Positions 34,873 through 44,560 of a stretch of DNA of 44,560 nt are shown here, one piece after another (position 1 is the stretch's first letter; the number at the start of each line of letters is the position of its first letter). Source of the stretch: Hyphochytrium catenoides. Taxonomy: Eukaryota; Protista; Hyphochytriomycota. Under the pieces are notes generated by a model. It did no database searches, had not been told where the DNA came from, and saw only the letters and a list, made by a program, of their open reading frames with translations. The stretch covers positions 1 to 44,560 of the forward strand of contig FLMG01001430.1 in assembly GCA_900088475.1 (NCBI GenBank), in the 5' to 3' direction. The position numbers and the translations under genes are program-made.

Positions 34873-37800
34873 TTACACCGCATCCAGCTGCTTCTTGGAA
34901 GTTCCTCCTTCTTCGTCGTTTTCTTTTCTATGGAGTGGGGGAGGGCTGCTAGGCTTCTCTGAAGGGGACTCGTCATGATCGTCCGTGATTTTGAACGCGG
35001 GCTCTTGCTCTGAGTTGGACTCTGGAATGTCAAGCCGGATTTTGTCTGGAGTGATGGAATGGACCTCAATCGCCGTTCCGTTCTTCTGTTTCTCTGCCTC
35101 CTTCTCGCTTGTTGGCAGCTGTGAAGACCAGTGAGTCCGAAAGAAAGGGGCGTGACGAGGTGAGGAAGACAAAGACTGTAGGGACGAGAATTAGGGTGGA
35201 GAGTGCGCTACTAATAAATATTCAAAGAGGTGACTTGATAGACGTAGGAAGCGACAAAAAACGCGACAAACCCTCGTAAGAATGCGACAGAAACAAAGGG
35301 CCGCGGGCCATGAGTCGTCAGCATTTACCTGCTGTGAGTAAGCGTACATATAGCTCACTCTAGTCGGCCGCCATATAATGCAAATGGCGGCGACGACCAG
35401 GAACAAAAGCAGTTTTTGCAGGGAAGAGAGCCACGCAAACTTCCAGTACGCCTGTTGGTCGAAGTCGAAGAAATATCCGTTGCTAAAGCATGAAAGACGG
35501 AGAGATTAGTTATAGTCAGAGATTGCTTCGCCAAGATCACCATCGTCCATTTCCCATTAGATACCATCAGCAAGCAGGCCCAGGAAAAAGAAAACGACAC
35601 GACACAACTTGCACTAGAACAGCTCTGAGAGAGGTGTACAGGTGTAGCCTACAAGAAGAGATATCGGCCTAGTCTCATAGAATATATGATGCAAGAGATA
35701 CTTTTGCTTACATTCCGAGGTCGACCAGCAGTAACAAACAAGCTGCCACGACATAGGTCAGATATATCCAATACAGCCAGATATACATCTTCTTCTTTGC
35801 TTCCTGGTTGTTGTCATGCAGTTGGTCTCTTGTCTTACTGATGGCTGCGTAGATCCAAACAGCAAAACAGGCGTTTGCACCAAAACATACTAGCTGCCAG
35901 CGCTGATATAGGTCCTGGGAACTGCCAACTTCCGGCGATGACTTTGGATAGAGAATTGGTTCAAAAAGAGTTAGCCAATGGTAAAGATCGACGAGGGAGA
36001 AGCTAATAAAGCTGCTGCAAGCTGATAACGCCACGGAAGCTGCGCGCCCATATTGCAAAGAGAAGGCTCAGATTACATGGAAGAAGTGAGCTGGTAGACA
36101 GTGGAACTGGCTATCCTTCTCACCTGAATGGTATAAAGTTCGACCTGTACCATCAGCCCTGACACCGCGTAGAGTACGCCAAGAGCGGCAACTATGATCA
36201 CCTCCTTCAAGGTAAGTCTCGGTCTTACCACTCCGTAGCCCAGCCCAATGATCAGTATCAGGATCCTAGCAGCTGTTCTCAAAAAGACATCCAGTAGAGT
36301 GCCAGCGTAGAGAGCGTCTGGAGTGGGACAGCAGGCAGGGACACCTGAAGCATTGATCTCCAAGAACCCAGCGAATGTGGTTAGGGAGGCCGCTGTCATG
36401 ATGACGAGCACAGGAATAATCAGCCACTGGAGCCAAATACTAGTGGACCGGTGTCTGCAAGGAATGTGGGTAGAAAGCCGCAAGTCAGACGATCACCATT
36501 CCGACATCAATTGCGAGTACCATGGGAGGTATGGAAAGAGAATAGAACAGGTGAAAAGTCGACATAGAGAGACCAAAGAACGCGAACTGGAGCTGTTGGC
36601 AGTAAGAGAGCGAGTTCGCAAAGACATTCTAGTCACGGCAAGATTGGAGAGTAAAGAACGAAAGATACAACGATTGGCCAGCATATACGCGAGGAGAGGA
36701 GTCTTCGAGGCAGAGGACAAAGAGAAGACCTGCTGGTTTGATGAAGAGTAATGGTAGAAAAAGAGAGTGAACGAGAGAGACGAGACAAAAAACAGAGGAG
36801 GAGGAAGACGAGTAGAAGAAGCAGGTAAACTAAAGAGGCTAGTAAGTTTGAGAGGGGATGGTGACTGGCCAGTGAGTTGAGTCAGAAGGAAGGATATAGT
36901 AGATCAGGCTAGCACAGAAGGGAACTAGAAGTGTAGCTTCATACCTGCAGAAGATACACAGGAAGATAAGATCCAATAGGCCTGTGAGTGCGAAGACCAG
37001 TCCAGACACGACGACCTGGCCGTACCACGAGGCCGGAAGCCAGCCATAGGGATTATGAAACTTCAGATCCGCATCCGCTGTCACAGTGATGCCAGTATAG
37101 TCGGTGCATAGAGACAGAACAACAGTTTGCAGGCCTAGAAAAACACCAGTTTGTTAGCAACCACGGAGAATCGGGAGCGGCGCCGCGGTTGACTTCTCTC
37201 TTTCTTCTGTCTCTTTCTCTCTCTTTCTCTCTCTTCTTCTATTGTTCTCCCTCTCTCTGACTGTCTTGCTTAATGTGCCGGATAAACACTTATCAGCATC
37301 GCTTCTTCACCTTCTCTATTCACTTGGAAGAGTGCTACTCCGTCTGAGCCATTGATAGCAACAGGGATCATGTTGGTGCTGTTGTCTGGGGCAGTGGAGT
37401 TGAAAGTGAAGAACTGTTGCTTGTACGGCGCCTTCCAGTGCTCTTCGATATAAGAACACTCGTTGCCAAGCTCGTCACCGGGACCAAGAAGAACCACCGA
37501 CGCAGCTGCTTTAACCCCTGGAGGGACCTGGGCGCTGAGGTTCAGGCTGACCTGTAGGGCGACAATTGGTAGCAAGAGAGAGAGAAACGTGAGAGAGAGA
37601 GAAAAGACAAAGAAAAAAAAAAAGAGAGAGAGAGAGANNNNNNNNNNNNNNNNNNNNNNNNNNNNNNNNNNNNNNNNNNNNNNNNNNNNNNNNNNNNNNN
37701 NNCGGAAGAAGAGAAAGGGAAGATGGCAAAGAACGGATTGGAAGACTAATAGTAAACATCAATCTTCCCCAGCTTGAGAGCTTATCACCCTGTCTAGCGC

Positions 37801-38126
37801 CTTCAAGTCTAGCTTACCACAATGTATGCCTCGCCGCTGGGAAAGGAGGAACTGGAAAACATTGGTCCCTCGCTCCACTTGACAAACTATACAAGCGATG
37901 GTTGACAGCAGAGGAAAGTCAATCCCTTCAGATGGCCTCGAAGCAGCAAACAGCAGGAACTATTGCGCGCCGGGCGGGCAAGAGATAATAAGCCAAGGGC
38001 ATGGGCTCTTACCGTGTCATGTTTCAAGACCACGAAGCGCTTATACATCGAGGCACTAACTCCATGGTACAGAGCCATCAGGAGCAGAAGCCCCAAGGCC
38101 AGAGATCTTGACACCGAGGTTGCCAT
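34873..38126 (-). CDS. GOST-family seven-transmembrane protein (TMEM87/GPR107-like), paralog 2
   Basis: Signal peptide MATSVSRSLALGLLLL..., FHNPYGWLPASWYG, IGLGYGVVRPRL, VWIYAAISKT..L..NNQEAKKKMY, IWRPTRVSYMYAYSQQ, and an acidic C-tail ending QLDAV*. Confidence 0.9.
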
Positions 38127-38374
38127 TGTAAGCTCTACAGCCTCACGGACAGATGCCTATTGCGTCCCGCGTTGCGTAGCAGAAGAGGCTTTCTGGGTAT
38201 GCAGATTTGATTTCTCTGAGGCCGGATGGAGTAGGAGACTGAGAATAAGGCCACCGCCGTTTGTCTTGGAGGGACAGAGATTGAGACAAAGAAGCAAAGA
38301 GTCATTGTGTCAGACAGGAAAGGAGCGGTGAATGAGCTAACAACAGTTGTGGGGGGAGCGAGAGCCAGATGATG

Positions 38375-38377
<3 letters not shown>

Positions 38378-38414
<37 letters not shown>

Positions 38415-38455
38415 NNNNNNNNNNNNNNNNNNNGAGAGAGAGAGAGAGAGGAGAG
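38378..38455. repeat. (GA)n microsatellite spanning an N gap
   Basis: Perfect GA run on both sides of an assembly gap. Confidence 0.9.
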
Positions 38456-39004
38456 GGTGGGGTTGTGATGGAATCAGATACTCTCAATCAACATCAACCC
38501 AACATCAGAATGGAATCTTTCATCTTCAATGTCCGAACTATTCACTTCAACCAGAAATGCTGACCTCATTAGTCCTACTATAGCTGTGAGGTGTCCATCT
38601 TTCAAAGCCCAAAATCTGAAACCTTCAGTCGGAATGAAATCAATTGGAAATAAACAATTTGTCAGAAACGAGGAAGGACCACTGACTTAGTTATCAGTCT
38701 CACCTACACCCATGATTATCATGCCTGTGGGAAGCATCAAAAGCTCTCTCTGTCAATGAAGATGCAGATCTGCAGATCAGAGCTCCAGGATCCACGATAA
38801 ACTCTTATAAACGTTGAAAGACCGCGGCTTCTCAAACAGTGGGAACGAAGGAGGGAGCGGTCCCGGGCATCACGTGGTGGCTTGGTGGATGAGGCCATTT
38901 GGAGAGTAGACAGCTGTGCTCGAAAGAAGTAATGAGGTGATTGTTGCAATCAGCTTCTCGACATTGCCACGTGCAGGCTGCGAGGGAAACAAACTGTGGA
39001 AGTC

Positions 39005-40196
39005 ATGTCAACGGAGGGTGAGAGCGAGGTTGATGGGCCCGGATCTTCAGTAAGCCTGATGAGGCGGCATCGACATGATTCTGAAGAGTCTCCTGCAAGA
39101 TCGGGAAGAAGACGACGCCTTGACACGCCATCTCCGTCTCCAGAAAAGCGGGCTTCGGGTCAAAGTGCTTCCCGCCGTCATAGAAGCAGGAGTAGAAGTA
39201 AGAGTGTTAGCCGGAGTAGGACCGTAGTTAAAGATAGACCGAGTGAGAGAAGAAGCCGGAGTAGGAGTAGGAGTAGGAGTCGAAGGCGTTCAAGAAGCGG
39301 GAGTCCGGAGAGACGGCATAGATCCAGAAGTAGAAGTCAGGAGAGGAGGAGGAGCAAGGAAAGGGACAACCGAAGCCGCAGCCCCAAAAGAAGCAAGAAA
39401 GAACGACGGCAGGAGAAAAAAAAGAAAAAGGAGATTAAGAAGAAGAAGAAAAAGAAGTCAAAAGCGCGCAGAAGAGCTGACAGTTCTTCTTCCTCTTCCG
39501 CCTCCACGGCTGGAAGTCCCCATCGAGCTCCTCAGCAAGAAACAAACATGCAGACGTCTGTTGGTACTGCGGCAGCTTGCCCAGGTCCTTCCCCTCCGGC
39601 GCCTTCGTCGTCTGCTGTTGGTGGTGTCAAAGACTTTTTCCAGAAGCTAAGGGCTGAGGAGTCTGCGAAGGGTCCTCTAGGCACCAGCCATACTCTGGCT
39701 AGCAAAATAGAAGGTAATAAAGAGCTTCTTGAAGGAGTCAGAAGTCATCTCTGCTTTAACTTTTCTTTGACTCCAATGGTCTTTATTTGCGTCTATAATC
39801 TTTCTTCTTACTCAAGTTCCTTCCCTCCTCCGCCTTCCATGTTGACATGGCTTGTCTCCTCTCTGGCGCTTCTTTTGCCCAGCGAACGCACCAGGAAGCT
39901 CGAGAAGATTATCTCTCTCTCTCACGAAGGCCTCGCTTATGCTCTAATTCGCAGTCTAGCGCTTTCTCTCTCTAGCTCGCAAGAACTACTCTCTTCTCAG
40001 TCTTACGCAGTCTCTCTCCTTTCTTCTGCTATGGTCGTATGCATCTCAATACCTCCAAGACCCTTCTCAAGCGGCGGCCGCTAGTAATAAGGGAGACTGG
40101 ACATGTCAGAAGCGCGGCTGCGGTGCTAATAACTTCAAGTTCAGCTCACAGTGCCACAAGTGCGGAGCCATCAAAAGGATGACTCAGTACAGATAA
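39005..40196 (+). CDS. Arg/Ser-rich protein with a C-terminal RanBP2-type zinc finger (splicing-factor-like)
   Basis: Exon 1 (39005-39713) has long RS dipeptide runs and a poly-Lys tract. A phase-1 intron (39714-40059) joins exon 2, DPSQAAAASNKGDWTCQKRGCGANNFKFSSQCHKCGAIKRMTQYR*, matching W-x-C-x4-C-x3-N-x6-C-x2-C. Confidence 0.85.
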
Positions 40197-40763
40197 TATT
40201 ATAGGGCAGTGTCTAAGGCTTTCTTGCTTCGGCCCACCCCAAACAGTTGGAGACAATCTCAAGCCATCCCATCCCTGTTACTCGTTGATGACTGCGGTCG
40301 CGGGAATCCGGGCACTATATGTGGGTACAAAGAGGAGATAGACAGGAACGAGAAAGAAGCCGCCTCGCTAGAGAATCCTTGCTAACATGATTCAGCTTGT
40401 CGCTCATCTATAGACAACCTTGTATAAAGTCCTGTTTCACCTCCTTCCAAATGGCTAGTATGTTGGGCCTCTTTTCAGTCCTTCTTAAGAGATGGCACCC
40501 TCTTTGTTCCGTCCGAGGCTCCGTGGTGTCCTTATGTATGGAAGCAAACCCCTGATGCAATTGTCGCTATTATCCCGATTTCTTAGCCTTTTGCTTCTCT
40601 GTCGTTGCCCGTGGTTCTCACAATGCGTGCTTACCTCCGCTTTGGGACACAGAGTTTACATTGTCGAGCTCGCTCGTCCCCACCCATGTTGCCCCGCCCC
40701 TGGTCCTCCCTGATCTCGTGTGCTTCTTAGCCTTGCTCTTTGCCTTTGTCGCCTGACGTTCTT

Positions 40764-43700
40764 CTAGTTCTTTTTGGAATCGGGCACGTCATCTCCCTTG
40801 AGCAGCTCTTTCATAGTATTACTGCTAATCCGAGCCACAGCATTCTGGGGCTTTAAAGACATCCTCACGGTTGAACGGCTGGTAGCCTGATGGAGTCCAG
40901 CTGCTGGTTGCTCCCTGGGCGTGAGTTATGTGAGACGTTAAGAAGAGAGGACAAGCAGGCCGTCAGCGAGAAGAAAGAAAGATAAGAAAGCGAGCTCGCA
41001 GAGGAACTAAGTGAGGGAGAGAGAAAGATCCGCACTCCCAAACAAGGCTATTCAGCTTGAGCGATAGGCAGAAGAAGAGAGACAAAGACACAAGAACTTA
41101 CTTGTTGTCCGGACCGATCACTATGGAACCCTTCGTCCCTTTGGTTCTCAAGGGAGAAGACCTCCTTGCAGACCTGGAGGGGCCTTGGCTGCGCTCTTTC
41201 CCTTCTGCCTTAGAAGCTAATTCTCCTGGGGACGGTTGACTCTGTCTCTCCCTTCCTGGGAGCGCAGACGGATCAGGCTGCAACTTGACGTTAAGGATGT
41301 TCTGTCTGTCTGGCGCTTGCTCTTTGACCTGCTGCCCTACGTTGGGCTCCTCTTTCTCTTGTACCTTTGACCTAAGCTCCTCTCTTCCTGCTCTATCGCT
41401 CTCTTTCTTCTCCATGAGAGGGACGGGGTGATCCTCCTTGCTAACTTGTAGCGGGGTGACTTGTGCCCTGTTCAGGAAGAAGTCCGCCTTCTTGCTGTTG
41501 TTCTTTGCTGTCTTGCTGTGCTACTTGGCGGCGAGGGTTCTCTTCCTTCCCCGATGGAGTTTCTGTGTTGTCCTGCTTGGCCACCAGGTCGAAAGAACTG
41601 TCTGGCTTCCTGGCTTCAACCAAAGTCTCGTTTCGTTGAGAAGTTCCTGCATCTCTTGTCTCCTTAATTGGAACTCCTGCTCCTGCTGGTGGGCTCTGCT
41701 GTCTCTCTTTTGCTCTTGCCACTTCCTGCGCTCCAGGCAGATCTTCAGCCTCAGAGGATGTCGCTGCTGTTGTTACATCTACCGCTGTACGGCTCCCTGT
41801 CTTATCCCCTGTAGCGATCAGCCTTTGTTTCACATTCTCTTCAAGCTGCCCTCCACTCTCTTTTCTACTGTCGGACTTCTGTGAACCACCTCCAGTGGTG
41901 TGATGCCGGCGGGAAGAATGCACTCTCTCTCTTTCTCTCTCTCCTCCTCTTCCTCCATCACGCACGGAAACACGGCTGTCTCTCCCACTGCGTCCCTTCT
42001 TTTCTTCCTGGGATGAGGTCGCCAGTAGCGCTTTGGCTTGCTCTTGCTTCTTTATAATCACCTTCGACGGGGCCTTACTGTCAGTCGACTGTTTCTTTTT
42101 CTTACTGTCCCCACTCTTCTTGCCCCATCCGAAGAGAGTGGCGAAGAAACCTCTTGGCTTTTCCTCTTCTTCTATATCGGCCCCCTTTGTGTCTTCCTCG
42201 TTCTTCGTATCTACCTTCGCCTGCTTTGCTCTTCCTTTCTGTTCGTCTTCACCGTCCAACTCGAGAGCATCTTGCTCTGCAAAGATGCTGACTCCAGATC
42301 CTTCTCTCTTATCCCTGTCCAATCGGTCTGATCTACCCCTCATTAGCGCTTCATCATCTGAAGAAGAGAGGTTCGAGAATGAGGCCTCGCAAAGAAAAGG
42401 GGAAGTTTTGGAGAATGGGGTTATGTGCTGAGACCAACCTTTTCTTAGCTGGGCACTCAGAACCTTAGAAGAGGTGGGCGGCGAGGGAGAGCTCTCTGTC
42501 CTACGAGTTTGGGAGGAGAACCTTGCTGAAGTACGCTTACTCGTCTTGCCCTCCGCAATATTTGGCTCTACGCTTCCGGTGCTTTCCGCTCTCCTGGGAG
42601 GACTATCTCTCTTTGGCGATGAACTGTTTCTCTTGGAGGAAGAGATCTCATCTTTCGCNNNNNNNNNNNNNNNNNNNNNNNNNNNNNNNNNNNNNNNNNN
42701 NNNNNNNNNNNNNNNNNNNNNNNNNNNNGAAAGCAGAGAGCGCAGAGGGATATAGATAAGGGCAGAGTTAGCGTTGGGAACAAAAAAGCGACAGGAGAGA
42801 GCGCAGAAAGGATTAGACAAAGGCAAAGTTTGAGTGAGGAACAAGAAAGCGCTAGCGTTTAAAGCCCTTAACAAGGTCTAGGGAGGCACAATGACAGCAT
42901 CTATATAGTTAGAAAAGACCACCGCTAAAGCGCATCTAGATAGACAGGGTGATTTGGATGTAGGTCGCAAAGGACGAAGAGCCGTTACTTCTCTTTTTCA
43001 TACCTGTGCCTGGTTGAGTTATTGGCCGAGGAGAAGTGTCCCCAGCCTTCTCGGAAGGAGAATTTGTCGTCTCCTTTCCAGAGCTCTCCTTTCCTTCTTC
43101 TTCGCTCTCCACTAGGTTACCTAAAGGTGCTTTCTCCAGTTTGAGCTCTGAGACGACAGCAACAGCTGCCCCAAAGACTTTGTATTTACCGGTGAGGAGG
43201 AGACTAGGGGAAGAGTAACCAACGAGGGTGAAGAGGGAAAAGCCTTAAAACAGTCCCCCTTACCTTCTTTTGGACTGGCCACGACGGAAGGTGTGTTATG
43301 GTCTTGTTTCTCCCCAATAGATACCTTCTCTTTCCCGTCAGAATGGTCTTCTCTCTTCTCTGTCGTCTCCATAAGTTGAGATGGTGGCTTTTTCGCTTCT
43401 TCTGAAGGGGAAGAGGGTAACGATAGAGAAGCAGCCGGAGGAGACTTCTCCGTCTCGGTAGACAAAAGAGAGTTTATGCTCGCTGGTGGTGGTGCCTCGT
43501 TCTCCCCGACTGCCTTATCTTCTTTCCTGAGAGTCTCCCCTACGCGCTGCGAGAGAAACAACGGCCAAGAAGGAGCTCCTTGCAACGCTCCGGTCCCTAA
43601 AGTCTGACGTATCTGCGCCCCAAAGGTTGGAAAGAGAGTGAGAAGGCGTAGGTCAATTGATTCAAAGAAAAAAGTGAGCCCAGAGATATGAAGACATAGT

Positions 43701-44345
43701 GATTAAGTAAGGAGCTCTCCGCAAAGTGGCCTTAAGTTAGGCATTAGCCTTGAAGGGAGAGCGTCAGGTGGCAGGAGAGAGAGGACGAGGTAGAAGAGAG
43801 ATCCAGGAAACTGGAAGGTCTGAAGTTCATATTGGCTTCTGTTTGAAATGAGTGCGGACGTATAGATAGGAGATAGGAGCAAGACAAGGAAGGAGAGCTG
43901 ACGAAGTGAGGCACTTCGAGCACAGCCACAAAAAGAATACGGAGAGTGAAACAGAGAAGCAGCTTTGCGACAGACCAGCAGAGGACCAACATACAGTTGA
44001 CAAGTCTACTAAACTAAGGAAAGGACAAGGAACGACGAGATCACCTGCGACAGGAAATTGTCTTCCAGATATTTTTGCAGCTCTCTGACGGTGATGTTCC
44101 TGGTGAACTGCTGCATAGTCCGCTGAACGTCGGCAAGAGACTCGCAACCCAAGAGCTTGTCTCTGAACAAGATGCGCATGACATAACGCCAGTAAGAGGA
44201 GGAGACAGGAGAGAAGGTTGTTCAGAGGAGAACGGTAAGTGTGAAGGTTCACAGTGCAAGAGAGAGAGAGAGAGAGAGAGAGACTCTTACCTCTGAAGAG
44301 TTAGCAGCCCCACGCAAACATGCTGGACAATCCCGTCGAAGCCCA
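40764..44345 (-). CDS. Probable TBC (Rab-GAP) domain protein, C-terminal part with long low-complexity tail; 5' end beyond window
   Basis: Exons 44345-44291 and ~44162-44045 splice to GFDGIVQHVCVGLLTLQRDKLLGCESLADVQRTMQQF, resembling the last helices of TBC domains. Downstream exons are S/E/K-rich. The terminal exon (~40914-40764) joins in phase from a GTAAGT donor at 41101. There is one unresolved frame change near 41441-41524. Confidence 0.6.
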
Positions 44346-44560
44346 CTAGCAAACCTTAATCAACAGTTAAGACAGAGAGTGAGACAAGAGAAAGTAGCAA
44401 TAATTCTCTTGAGAAGAGCTACCCAAAGTCCCATCGTGGCCCTTACAGTCTCCCTTCTATTCTCCACGCACAAATAGAGAGACAGAGAGAGCAGCAGGAG
44501 AGGGAAGAGAGCCAGAGAGAGAGAGAGACACACACAGAAGGAGAGAAAAGAGAGAGAGAG

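Overview
Intron-rich eukaryotic nuclear DNA with (CT)n/(GA)n microsatellite-filled introns and five N gaps. The RPS24 C-terminus ([14 protein letters not shown]) suggests a stramenopile (inference). Most ORF-track entries are exon-intron read-throughs, so genes were rebuilt by hand from GT-AG junctions and phase. Twelve protein-coding genes are supported: aspartate carbamoyltransferase (+, 5' truncated), a CCA1/LHY-type single MYB with a variant recognition helix (-), an SDS22-like LRR protein (+), an apparently intronless PH-AGC (Akt/PKB-like) kinase (+), two paralogous TMEM87/GPR107-type GOST 7TM proteins (-), palmitoyl-protein thioesterase PPT1 (+), a split-FYVE + PH + TM hairpin + CRAL-TRIO/Sec14 protein (-), a PDZ/coiled-coil protein (-), RPS24 (+), an RS-rich RanBP2 zinc-finger protein (+) and a probable TBC Rab-GAP (-, 5' truncated). 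An intergenic box C/D snoRNA at 30828-30913 carries a guide matching the 18S rRNA site equivalent to human Um172. The best candidate for a new system is the membrane-anchored FYVE-PH-Sec14 protein (possible contact-site lipid-transfer tether) and its endomembrane/lipid-themed neighbours. Transcription units alternate strand almost perfectly; the one exception is an unexplained ~3 kb interval (13.8-16.9 kb). No database searches were run; all family calls are from motif recognition.
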